Source of the DNA: Nanoarchaeota archaeon SCGC AAA011-D5
GTDB taxonomy: Archaea > Nanobdellota > Nanobdellia > Pacearchaeales > GW2011-AR1
Direction: 5' to 3'
DNA length: 64,000 bases
Assembly (NCBI GenBank): GCA_000405225.1
Contig: ASMP01000001.1
Coordinates: forward strand, 892-64,891
Of this stretch, positions 29,801 through 36,889 are shown one piece after another. Both the position numbers and the translations under genes were made by a program. A model generated the notes under the pieces. That model was given only the letters and a program-made list of their open reading frames with translations. It was not told the origin of the DNA and did no database searches. Every line of letters starts with the position of its first letter. The first letter of the stretch is position 1.

Positions 29801-30548
29801 AAAGAAATATTCAGGATGGGCTAGAGCCTTAAGAAATTATAATGGTTGGGGATGTACAGGGAATACCAATTATGTAGAGAATGTTATATCTGCAAGAGAT
29901 GATGTTGCAAGACTTTTTCCAGAAGTTTGTGGGGAAACCAAGGAGGTATCTGTATCTGTCTCTCCCGTTACTTATTCAAAGGCAGAACTTATGGGGAGAA
30001 GTTCTACTATAAAAGGATTAACATCTGAAACTATTAAGGCCTTTTTTTCTATGAAAGCCGCAGCTGAAACAGATGGATTTATTCTAAATGCAGTATCTGG
30101 ATATAGAACTTTCAACAGGCAATTAGATATATGGAATGATAAATTTGCATCGTTTAGTGGCACAGATCAAGAAAAGGCAACAAAAACGGCTGAGTTTTCT
30201 GCTGTTCCAGGAATGTCCCGCCACCATTGGGGAACAGAAATAGACATAAATTCAGTTGATCCTTCTTACTGGCAGAATAATGTGGCCTTATATGAATGGC
30301 TTGTTTCAAATGCTCCAACTTATGGATTTTGCCAGTCCTATGATGAAGATAGAGGTGTAGTCAAAACAGAAAAATGGCATTGGAGTTACAAACCAATATC
30401 AAAACAGCTAACACAGCAATATTCCGATACAATAATTGCACAGGACATAACCGGTTTAGGTATTTCTGGAGAAACTACAATAATCTCTAACTTTGACTTC
30501 TACAAAAGAGGTTCTATCAGCGACATAAACCCCGATTGTTTATCTTAA
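23829..30548 (+). CDS. giant (2,239 aa) membrane-anchored surface protein with C-terminal lytic transglycosylase (SLT/GH23) and VanY/M15B peptidase domains
   Basis: Uninterrupted 6.7-kb ORF with N-terminal anchor IRFILLISIFLALTLFFVSS. SLT motifs: ALQVALIESS, RGIMQIN, ALRNYNGWG. M15B motifs: SGYRTFNRQ, SRHHWGTEIDIN, EKWHWSY. Confidence 0.85.
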   Translation: MPEEKNILTGKKYMLVRKRGKYLKRNSVKSLINIRFILLISIFLALTLFFVSSLPITTAASSYVRSSPAYTFGHQTAPFIGGQQFPLFDRSQCQAGQDFILQVDPLGCTPSVIRSDLLEDQEVVVFCPISATQLNPLIKIKDIDYMIITPKDLPREVLTVGYYPARAALGKWDPDIKTPILGNIGYATIVLRRQPNESAMPDFVQGNLTAKLVYDIDNAFGTGRAVYYLRQMSDEEWNRGYTAYGFWDGRGYLRLEGADNTGATIGVYSDRDQTGNARLGEKTKIANLDLEKGKTSREVFLPGFNYCMGGIEVKLEDFENPDTRARLRVDSEVIEMKTGEKFLENKCLVKSISKQGINQKVEVSCQEDERRNPFLLRISPKVSLSINGEAKEYGAGDLLYDDKDNSYYLGFVGSSGQTNSLGEVYIRIISIPKSRGGIRTSLSESDLSFVASYDKKVSGKNTKGSVIEETKEFFEGIVAQLSLVENKFFRGADLKTLTYSDSEKQIFGKTLSIKGYSGAPDTDISQMPKEVRENYENAMKDYLAIKESFSGDRYPPNDIRTLGEQALTETIRLAKSLEQRSTILQLCREFSETYGSAPPEISTICDNGYLLSNTQTSERSVVINGKTHILAFEGVREPSFDEFGLEIIVASSEGPGEYDLSKGERVYINSTSNEYIQLINLEEDSAILVTGLLGRNIRTSQRLKIGTEETFESRYSFRIKEIHLQKVAKVSLNPKIDYARTNATINFKIGIEKRAIQLSPEKTKERIQTLNKTIEKWTKINDGLGKVVKAGKAACLATAGALTIKNFFSNLGGKGIARQTVMKAPGTGWYDKCQKDVKDVKYESVEACLLANSDSIESSVNSYADAMKKQNDEIKKLEEGISDTRFLGEKVVNTDALAQKLMNDPAFISDINSCKNDIQIVVGGKTISAVDVYPINPNTTTISQARALQLNCRLLSSSDTDVQAIAKSNVEKTFGEIYSNSRTEATRLTFNSQYGISPIVGSTKKLKEFPLTDVKTFGQVKSKFSGATISDDTYVTTFIDQTDGKQYLITLTNEYVVSQTYLIGSGGVLSVANSNNVNHLGIGFKKYDSATYSNTYISPKVRYYETDPYQGFPSVVPFDTKNGWYAAVKSNVPALGGLKAYDDSGRVSSFYVCNVGPNGREENIGGDDICRGFYPGAQQPPDFPGLTEQESRTKMEQAQRAIQQAQNEYKDGVKEVTITAGGQSQRIKVGEPAANIPGIQCEDFMSPSDCNIMFNVCDPFVCPSSRCDLGGAYPVKDVIQSGIAGSIALCLPNWPEIKVPICVSGVHAGLEGYKSVLSSYQQCLQTSLDTGQTVGICDELNSIYMCDFFWRQGLPLIKYAIPKVVGSVLGQNVRGGGEYLGVADAASNAQKSIDYFSQYYAANSFAAFKARSLESVGTDICRNWVSLTGPKGNLFDALISPDSPPQFYGRFEEIPYTTATNPPASQYKVFYHIYAGKDLPAYYQVYLRGTGGSFYQDTAFRRPVASGFIKTGDFKSETIDFNAPSGYKELCIVVNNQEQCGFKQVTTDFGVNYLSEKYVQQQASQKDIKSEAECVSGNPSAFSFLNPNLQAGAEEALNPAIYNRGITRVCSTENPGKTSDPLMNTKNQRWKDVGNCGSANLKCWLDTDSVNKVIKNANILNETLGVIGDREKQIIDALTKEGKYLDNFDSFQKELEGLQDSEIISKINENIGRVYRNNQKGYLYFKRGNAYGNQARLTYRILLDTQNLPITQRDSEPLNPIEEPTETPEQPKTGEEPTEAARCEKECGVVCSKTECESLGCTFVPDPVFNKIFPLIFNNCIPKEQPTEPTTEAITQFKKTLGEKIIKLAKEKEQERTDPDYSTVQADTGAKSFECLALQVALIESSIRQCKKTPANGNNPLYCEGDSSETISGDAFKTGGDSGSRGIMQINTAFKRKDNGQSVGHCGSYDLSSNREECRTQLSYFETNVNTGLNLLIEGYDKDEKSFDCNGKKYSGWARALRNYNGWGCTGNTNYVENVISARDDVARLFPEVCGETKEVSVSVSPVTYSKAELMGRSSTIKGLTSETIKAFFSMKAAAETDGFILNAVSGYRTFNRQLDIWNDKFASFSGTDQEKATKTAEFSAVPGMSRHHWGTEIDINSVDPSYWQNNVALYEWLVSNAPTYGFCQSYDEDRGVVKTEKWHWSYKPISKQLTQQYSDTIIAQDITGLGISGETTIISNFDFYKRGSISDINPDCLS

Positions 30549-30559
30549 ATAGAAATGTA

Positions 30560-30643
30560 TGCGGAGACTAGGATTCGAACCTAGGTAAGCACTAAGCTAA
30601 CAGGTCCTAAGCCTGTCCCGTTTGACCACTCCGGCATCTCCGC
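30560..30643 (-). tRNA. tRNA-Leu (anticodon UAG)
   Basis: Class II tRNA: acceptor GCGGAGA/TCTCCGC, anticodon stem ACAGG/CCTGT with loop CTTAGGA, long variable arm, T-arm CTAGG-TTCGAAT-CCTAG. Confidence 0.9.
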
Positions 30644-30741
30644 CTAAAAAAGACTGGAATTGCTGATATAAAAAGGTTTAGAATTCCAATACATTTTTAT
30701 TATCTAAATTATTAAAAAGAGCCATTTAAATTAGTTTAAGA

Positions 30742-31158
30742 ATGCAAGCAACACTTGAAGAAAAAACTAAATTAATGCAAAAACTAGATGAGGATAGTCC
30801 TCCATGGAATTTATCTAGTGATTTATTTGGAAATGTAGGGGTAGACATAAATGATTTTGAAACGCATAATTATACATATTTCCTTGATAATGTTAAATCT
30901 CTTGAAGATTTGTTAGAAGGCCTTAATCAGTTAAGCCCTTTCGCAGACGACGCTTTGAAAGTGGCAGAAAGCATGAACCAACAAGATTTCTGTGAGTTTA
31001 AATTAACTCTGGCATATGAGCGTAGAATGGAAGATAGCAAAATGCCTAAAAGATACATAACTTTGGCTCTTCCCAAGTGGTTTTTATATTCAATTCCTTT
31101 GGCAGATAAAGCAATAGTACCTTTAGGAGCAACCTTAATTCGTTTGATAGAACTGTAA
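30742..31158 (+). CDS. hypothetical protein
   Basis: 138-aa acidic ORF with no recognisable motif; occupies the gap between tRNA-Leu and tfb. Confidence 0.4.
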   Translation: MQATLEEKTKLMQKLDEDSPPWNLSSDLFGNVGVDINDFETHNYTYFLDNVKSLEDLLEGLNQLSPFADDALKVAESMNQQDFCEFKLTLAYERRMEDSKMPKRYITLALPKWFLYSIPLADKAIVPLGATLIRLIEL

Positions 31159-31193
31159 ATTAATCTCTCACCTTGATTCTTTTTCTTTTGCTT

Positions 31194-32123
31194 TTATTTC
31201 TCCTTTGCTCTTGCCTCGCTTTCTTTTTGCTTGATTTTTTCTTCAAGGTCAAGCCTTTCTATAAGTTCTTTATAACGGTTTCTTATCGTTACTTCTGTTA
31301 TTCCTGCTATGTCTGCAACCTCTCTCTGAGTTTTTTTCTCATCGTTTATAAGGGCAGCGACATAAAGAGCAGCTGCGGCTATGCCCGCTGGACCGCGCCC
31401 TGAAGTAAGTTCAACTTCCTCTGCCCTTTTCAGGACTTTGAGGGCGTCATTCTGGGTTTTTGGCGAGAGTTTCAGAACAGAAGAAAATCTGGAGACGTAG
31501 TCTTTTGGCGAGCTTTGAGTGACCTTTATTCCGAGTTTTCTTATTATGAATCTGTAAGTTCTTCCTATTTCTTTTCTTTCAACATCAGAAGCCGTAGCCA
31601 TTTCATCAAGAGTTCTTGGTATATTATAACTTCTGCAGGCAGCATATAAACAGGCAGCTATCACAGATTCCATAGAACGGCCACGAACCAAGCCTCTTTG
31701 GAGAACATAATTGTAAATCCGAGCCGCATCGTCTCTTATGACATTTGGCAGATTGAGATAAGATGCGATAACCCTTAATTCAGCCATTGCAAGCCTGAGA
31801 TTTCTTTCTATACTCGTTGAAACACGCTCCTGCCATTTCTTAAGTCTCAAGAATTTCCTGGTTTGCTTTGGTTCCAACCTGTAGATATCAGATATCTCTC
31901 CTACGTTCGTTGTGAGTCCTTTATCAAACTTCTGAATGCTGGTTGGCGCACCTCCCCTGCCTTTTTTTTCATTTTTGTCAAATTTCCCTTGCATGTCCAC
32001 TCCGGTGTCCACCATTTTTTCCTCAATCACCAAGCCGCAGTCATTACAGATGATTTCCCCTAAATGCGGATCATAAGTGAGATTAATACCCCCGCATTCC
32101 GGACATTTTTTTATGAAAGCCAT
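31194..32123 (-). CDS. tfb: transcription initiation factor TFB (TFIIB homologue)
   Basis: N-terminal zinc ribbon CPECGG...CNDCGLV, B-finger/linker, two cyclin-fold repeats (RVIASYLNLP..., ALKVLKRAEE...GRGPAGIAAAALY), C-terminal HTH ITEVTIRNRYKEL. Confidence 0.95.
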   Translation of the reverse strand: MAFIKKCPECGGINLTYDPHLGEIICNDCGLVIEEKMVDTGVDMQGKFDKNEKKGRGGAPTSIQKFDKGLTTNVGEISDIYRLEPKQTRKFLRLKKWQERVSTSIERNLRLAMAELRVIASYLNLPNVIRDDAARIYNYVLQRGLVRGRSMESVIAACLYAACRSYNIPRTLDEMATASDVERKEIGRTYRFIIRKLGIKVTQSSPKDYVSRFSSVLKLSPKTQNDALKVLKRAEEVELTSGRGPAGIAAAALYVAALINDEKKTQREVADIAGITEVTIRNRYKELIERLDLEEKIKQKESEARAKEK

Positions 32124-32155
32124 TTTAAAAGAATTTAGAGTTTATTTAGACGGTA

Positions 32156-32163
32156 TTTATAAA
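32156..32163 (-). promoter_or_regulatory. TATA-box-like TTTATAAA upstream of tfb
   Basis: Palindromic TTTATAAA 33-40 nt upstream of the tfb ATG (32123). Confidence 0.35.
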
Positions 32164-32209
32164 CTTTATGGTTTTATAAACCTTTCTATACTTTCCGTCG
32201 GAAAATACA

Positions 32210-32569
32210 TCAATCTATCAGAATGCCGTTTACCATACCTTCTTGGGAAGGCCTGTTCGTGATTCTTACTTTTCCCTTTTCTGTCTGAACTATTGTCCCT
32301 TTGCTAAGAATGTTTTGCCTCGCCAGGAATCTGTTAGAAGGAGTCTCAAGCACATTTCTTATTTCAAGTTTTTGAATTTTATTCCCCACTTTTACGTTTA
32401 TCATATTTGCTCTCAATAAAAATGTTTTTTTCCTTCCGCCCATGGTTCTTTTGTCCTTTCTTTTTTCAATACCAAGCCGCACTTGCCTTCTTTGTCCCGG
32501 CAGCTCATACATTTTCTTCTTCCTTCTTTTCCTGTATTTGCCTCCAGAGACTTTTCTTCCTGTCTTCAT
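32210..32569 (-). CDS. rps8e: 30S ribosomal protein eS8 (S8e)
   Basis: GRKVSGGKYRKRRKKKMYELPG...RTMGGRKK...RNVLETPSNRFLARQNILSKGTIV pattern of archaeal S8e. Confidence 0.9.
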   Translation of the reverse strand: MKTGRKVSGGKYRKRRKKKMYELPGQRRQVRLGIEKRKDKRTMGGRKKTFLLRANMINVKVGNKIQKLEIRNVLETPSNRFLARQNILSKGTIVQTEKGKVRITNRPSQEGMVNGILID

Positions 32570-32751
32570 AATACCAAAAGTCAGTTTTTTCTTTAAATAC
32601 CTTTCTATATTTTTGACCTCTTTGCCATGTTTTTGGCCTATTCATCATTAATAATAGAAATGTTTATAAACAAACTTTGCAGAAAATAGGTAATGCTTAA
32701 GCCTGTGTGGGAATCTATCTGACACCCATACGATTGCTTATTAAAATAAAA

Positions 32752-33006
32752 ATGGTTAATGGAATTGAAAGGCCTTTAGATTTGTTAAATAATTCTAAGG
32801 GGAAAGAAGTGCTCGTTCACCTGAAAGGAGACAAGCAATTCGTCGGAACTTTATTGGCTTTTGATATACACATAAACCTTGTTCTTGACAATATAAAGGA
32901 AATGGAAAATGGAGAAGTAAGAAAGAATCTCGGCCTTACTTTCCTCAGAGGAGATACAATAATTTTCATATCCCCTGCTTCTACAGCCCTAAGGAAAACC
33001 GAGTAA
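32752..33006 (+). CDS. Sm-like (LSm) archaeal protein
   Basis: Sm1 motif VLVHLKGDKQFVGTLLAFDIHINLVLDN and Sm2 motif FLRGDTIIFIS. ATG 32752 (MVNGIERPLDLL) is preferred over the GTG ORF-track start at 32707. Confidence 0.85.
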   Translation: MVNGIERPLDLLNNSKGKEVLVHLKGDKQFVGTLLAFDIHINLVLDNIKEMENGEVRKNLGLTFLRGDTIIFISPASTALRKTE

Positions 33007-33048
33007 TTTATCAGTTACCTTTATTAATTAATTTCTCTTCTCCGACTA

Positions 33049-33951
33049 ATGGCTGAAAAGATAAAAATTACCTTCCTTGGAACCAGCGATTCTATTCCAA
33101 GTGCGAAACGGAATCATCCGGCATTTTTAATTACTTATCTTGGAGAAAATATCCTGGTTGACTGTGGCGAAGCCACCCAGAGACAATTCAGGAAAGCAGG
33201 ATTAAACCCTGGAAAGCTTACCAGGATTTTGATAACTCACTGGCATGCAGATCATATCCTTGGAATTCCCGGGCTCCTGAAAACACTTGCTCTCAGCGGA
33301 TACAACAAAACCCTCCACATCTATGGGCCCAGAGGAACAAGATTTCTGATGAAAGAATTACTGAAACTTTTTACTTTTAAGGAAGCATTCCCCATTGAAA
33401 TTAATGAAGTGTCAGGAAGATTTTTTGAGAATAAAGATTTCTATCTGGAAGCTGAAACAATGAGTCATGGAACTCCCTGCAATGCATATTCTTTTGTAAA
33501 AAAGGGACAGATAAAAATAGACAAACACGAACTTAAAAAACACGGCATCATGGAAGGACCTCATCTAAAAGGGCTCAAGAGCGGAAGACCTATCACTTAT
33601 AACGAAAAGAAATATCTCCCTAAAAATTTAACATTTACAGAAAAGGAGAGAAAAATTTCCTTCGTTTTAGATACCTCTTTAAATGAAAAAATAGCCAGAT
33701 TTGTCAAAAATTCAGATGTTTTCGTGTGCGAATCTTCTTATATGGACGAGTTGAGAGATCTTGCAAAGAGGCATTACCACTTAACTGCAAAACAGGCAGC
33801 TCAGGTGGCAAAAAATGCTAAAGTCGGAAAATTGTTCATGGTCCACATAAGCCAGAGATATGAAAAGAGTCTAGAAAAGATTTTAAATGAGGCAAAAAAA
33901 ATCTTTAAGAATTCGGTAATCCCTGAAGATTTTCATGTTGTCGAGGTTTGA
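33049..33951 (+). CDS. rnz: ribonuclease Z (tRNA 3-prime processing)
   Basis: Metallo-beta-lactamase motif ITHWHADHILG, FLGTSDSIPS start, C-terminal HIS; ~300 aa short-form RNase Z. Confidence 0.9.
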   Translation: MAEKIKITFLGTSDSIPSAKRNHPAFLITYLGENILVDCGEATQRQFRKAGLNPGKLTRILITHWHADHILGIPGLLKTLALSGYNKTLHIYGPRGTRFLMKELLKLFTFKEAFPIEINEVSGRFFENKDFYLEAETMSHGTPCNAYSFVKKGQIKIDKHELKKHGIMEGPHLKGLKSGRPITYNEKKYLPKNLTFTEKERKISFVLDTSLNEKIARFVKNSDVFVCESSYMDELRDLAKRHYHLTAKQAAQVAKNAKVGKLFMVHISQRYEKSLEKILNEAKKIFKNSVIPEDFHVVEV

Positions 33952-33996
33952 ATAGAAAGCTTTTAAATAGAATTCTTTCTTATTTTTTTATGAAAA

Positions 33997-34071
33997 GCCC
34001 GGGTAGCTCAGCCTGGATAGAGCACTAGCCTTCTAAGCTAGGGGTCGCAGGTTCAAATCCTGTTCCGGGCA
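33997..34071 (+). tRNA. tRNA-Arg (anticodon UCU)
   Basis: Acceptor GCCCGGG/TCCGGGC, D-arm GCTC-AGCCTGGATA-GAGC, anticodon stem CTAGC/GCTAG with loop CTTCTAA, T-arm GCAGG-TTCAAAT-CCTGT. Confidence 0.9.
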
Positions 34072-34090
34072 TTTCCCTCACAAAAAATTT

Positions 34091-34163
34091 GCGGAGGTGG
34101 CACAGTGGTTACTGCATTCGGCTGCAGCCCGAATTTTCCCGGGTTCGAATCCCGGCCTCCGCT
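34091..34163 (+). tRNA. tRNA-Cys (anticodon GCA)
   Basis: Acceptor GCGGAGG/CCTCCGC, anticodon stem TTCGG/CCGAA with loop CTGCAGC, T-arm CCGGG-TTCGAAT-CCCGG. Confidence 0.9.
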
Positions 34164-34208
34164 TTTCCCGCTTAGATTAAAAAAATTGTTTTACGAGCAG
34201 CAAGAAGA

Positions 34209-35204
34209 CTATATTCCAAAAATCCTTCTCATAAAATTTTTTTTGTTTCTTTTTATTCTGTAATAAATAACTAAAATCGCTAATGCAATAAGGATAATCA
34301 GTGCTGCTGCAAATACTTTTTCTCTTATTGTTGTTTTTGAGGAAATAATCTCAAAATTATCAGAGGAGCTTGCAGTTTTATCATTATAGATAGCTTTGAC
34401 ATAAAGGACATATTTTCCTATTTTGGTATTTTTGGGAATAGGAATTCTTTTTATGAAGCTGATTTGTGTTTCTATTGCCAGCGATTCTGTTTGTTTAAAT
34501 ATTTCATTTCCCTCGTAATCCCTGATTATGTACTCTATAATAACATCTTTTCTTTCATCAGACACTCCGAGATTAAACAATCTCATTTCTGCCAGAATTT
34601 CTCCGCCCGGAAATATGTCTTTATAACCCCTCAATATTTCCGCTCTTACATCAAGCAGAATGCCTTCTGACTCCACCTCTATAGCAATTAAAACTTCTTT
34701 TCTTATGTCTCCGGAACTTAAGATGATCTTCCCAAGATACAAATCAGGAATTGTATCTTCTCCGACTACAAGGTATATTGATATTGTTTTTGATTCTCCC
34801 GGATTCAAAACAATTATATCCTCCACCTTTACGACAAAGTCCTTAAAGAGATTCTCTATCACAATGTTCATACTCCTGGTCCCGTTATTTGTTATGGTGA
34901 TGTTCTCTGTTTTTACCTGGCCAGGCTTTAATGTGACCGAGATTTGGCTTTTGTCTATTGAGAATAAAGAAACTCCACCTCCTCCTCCTCCTCCTCCACC
35001 GCCAGAAGGAGTTTCTTCTGCAGAGCTTGCAATTGTTACTGAAACAGCAACATTTGAACTTGTTGCGTTTCCAGTTATAGCGTCCCCAGTTACCGCATCT
35101 CCAGTTAAAGTATCTCCTGCCACAGTGCCAATATTTGAATACGCAACAAGAATAATTACTATAATCAAGGAAACAGAAAAAAATTCTTTAGCCCTCTTTT
35201 TCAT
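34209..35204 (-). CDS. secreted, C-terminally anchored surface protein (CARDB/S-layer-domain-like beta modules)
   Basis: N-terminal signal/anchor, repeated TGDA(V/I) motif, Gly10 run, two beta-sandwich-like modules (NPGESKTISIYLVV..., ...), C-terminal TM AAALIILIALAILVIYY + basic tail. Confidence 0.55.
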   Translation of the reverse strand: MKKRAKEFFSVSLIIVIILVAYSNIGTVAGDTLTGDAVTGDAITGNATSSNVAVSVTIASSAEETPSGGGGGGGGGGVSLFSIDKSQISVTLKPGQVKTENITITNNGTRSMNIVIENLFKDFVVKVEDIIVLNPGESKTISIYLVVGEDTIPDLYLGKIILSSGDIRKEVLIAIEVESEGILLDVRAEILRGYKDIFPGGEILAEMRLFNLGVSDERKDVIIEYIIRDYEGNEIFKQTESLAIETQISFIKRIPIPKNTKIGKYVLYVKAIYNDKTASSSDNFEIISSKTTIREKVFAAALIILIALAILVIYYRIKRNKKNFMRRIFGI

Positions 35205-35248
35205 TAAATAGTATGGGAAAAGACATATTTAAAATTTGTTGGAATTAA

Positions 35249-35836
35249 CTACCGTCTTCTCTTTTTTATATTTACAGCAACCAGAATTATCCCTAAAATG
35301 ACTAAAGCTAAGACAATGTAAACAGTATAATTCTTACTTGTTTTTTGCCCGTAAACCGCGCTCTCTGTCGGCTCCCCAACAACCTCAACAGGAATTCTCT
35401 GGGTGAAAGCGCTTGCAACAGTGAAAAATCCCTCTCCCCCACCAGCACCCACCTGAAGAAATGAAGCCTCCATATCATAAACCTTTCCAGGCTCCGCGTT
35501 TTCAGGGATTTTTACCTCTAGGTTGACTGTGACATCATCACTTCCCAAAGGAACAAAATAATCTGTGTTTGAATCTATTATTCTTGCTATTTCATAACCT
35601 TTTGTTATGTTTGCTCTCAGCGTAATGTTTTCATCACCAACCATATTTTGAAGCCCTAAGGAAAAAACTACAGACTCCCCTGAACCCAGCTTAAGAGGGT
35701 TTGTGCTCCAATAAGGCGTTGAGACTCCCGCTGCAGAGGCAGCAGAAATTGTTAAAACTGCTAATAGGAAAAAAGCCAAATGGTTTTTAATGCTGAAATA
35801 TCTTTTTCCGTAGTTGTAAATTTGATTAGTTAACAT
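35249..35836 (-). CDS. secreted, C-terminally anchored small surface protein
   Basis: Signal peptide AFFLLAVLTISAASAAG, one beta-sandwich-like domain, C-terminal TM IVLALVILGIILVAV + KKRRR. Confidence 0.5.
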   Translation of the reverse strand: MLTNQIYNYGKRYFSIKNHLAFFLLAVLTISAASAAGVSTPYWSTNPLKLGSGESVVFSLGLQNMVGDENITLRANITKGYEIARIIDSNTDYFVPLGSDDVTVNLEVKIPENAEPGKVYDMEASFLQVGAGGGEGFFTVASAFTQRIPVEVVGEPTESAVYGQKTSKNYTVYIVLALVILGIILVAVNIKKRRR

Positions 35837-35893
35837 TTTTTATCTTTTTTCTTACTCTTTTATTTCATATCAATAGTTTTCTCTTTTTTATAT

Positions 35894-36832
35894 TTATACT
35901 ATTACCTCTACGACCCATGACCCGTAAAACGATGAAGAGTAAGACTGTGCTGTTGCATCCTGGGGAACTCCCCTCAGACAGAAAAATGCTTGCTCCTGTC
36001 CGGAAGTTTGGTTTACGAAATTCAGCGAGTTATTTCCCTTGGTGAAGTTTGTTCCGTTTAGCTGTTTAGATGTTGCATTTACCATTGTTGAAGCATTTAT
36101 TCCGGCGCCGCACCCGTCTGTTACGTTTCCTACGGTGAAATTGTTTGCGAATATGAACTGCGTTGTAGTTGTTTCTCCCCGAAGATTATAAGCTGTTGTA
36201 TTTATTGTTCCATTTGCAGAGTTTCCTGTATTGTTTAAAAGTATAGGGTCGTTGTTGGAACTGAAGTTTGTCGCACTCAGGTTAAGTGTGGGCCATGTCA
36301 ATGCCGAAGGACTAAGAACCATTGCAGTCAGAAGATTATATGTGAAGTTTGTCGTCGAGTTCTCTGTACTTGCCTCGCTGTTGTCTCTTGCAGAAACATT
36401 GATTGTCCATACACCAAGCTCATCAAAATAATACATGCTTACGTTGCATGTGAACATTTGTCCGTTGCCACCCGAACCAATGTTTGCGCAGGAAGAGTTA
36501 TCCCTGTTTGACTCTCCTGTCCTATTGAACCTTGCTCTTGCACTGCTTAAATTTATGTTTCCAGAGCCATCTGTATCATTCACAGAAAAATTCAGCAGAA
36601 CAGACCGGTATCCCGATTCCAGCGGATTCTGGGATGAAACAGCCAGGACAAAAGGAATTGTCGGGGCTGTGTTTCCTACGGTAATGTTTAAGGATGTTGT
36701 GCCTGTTGTTGCCTCTCCTGTGATTCTTGCCCTGAAATCTTTCCAGAAATCAGAAAAGATATTTGCCGAGATTATTGGGATAATTAGCAAAGATATCATC
36801 AAATAAATAACTAAAATCTCTCCTCTTTTCAT
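35894..36832 (-). CDS. secreted sequon-rich protein; stand-alone paralogue of the last extracellular domain of the 1,820-aa protein
   Basis: 312-aa ORF with signal peptide. From NTAPTIPFVLAV to SSSFYGSW it aligns residue-for-residue with the region NAAPTIPFVLAV...SSSFYGSW of ORF 36890..42352. Confidence 0.7.
   Translation of the reverse strand: MKRGEILVIYLMISLLIIPIISANIFSDFWKDFRARITGEATTGTTSLNITVGNTAPTIPFVLAVSSQNPLESGYRSVLLNFSVNDTDGSGNINLSSARARFNRTGESNRDNSSCANIGSGGNGQMFTCNVSMYYFDELGVWTINVSARDNSEASTENSTTNFTYNLLTAMVLSPSALTWPTLNLSATNFSSNNDPILLNNTGNSANGTINTTAYNLRGETTTTQFIFANNFTVGNVTDGCGAGINASTMVNATSKQLNGTNFTKGNNSLNFVNQTSGQEQAFFCLRGVPQDATAQSYSSSFYGSWVVEVIV
35914..36672 (-). repeat. dispersed repeat copy A (paralogous to 37501..38262)
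   Basis: Includes runs identical to copy B: 36068-36132 = 37655-37719 (65 nt) and 36507-36613 = 38107-38213 (107 nt), separated by strongly diverged blocks. Confidence 0.85.
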
Positions 36833-36889
36833 TCTATTTTTTAAAAGGGTTCTTAGTTTTTAAACATTTCTTCCTTTTTTTATTCATAT

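Noticed and set aside
34975-35003. (CCT)6-containing microsatellite, and the similar GGN run at ~3575-3605
   Set aside because: Both are in-frame poly-glycine linkers (G10 and GGAAGGGGGGGA) of surface proteins. They may vary in length, but they are not independent elements.
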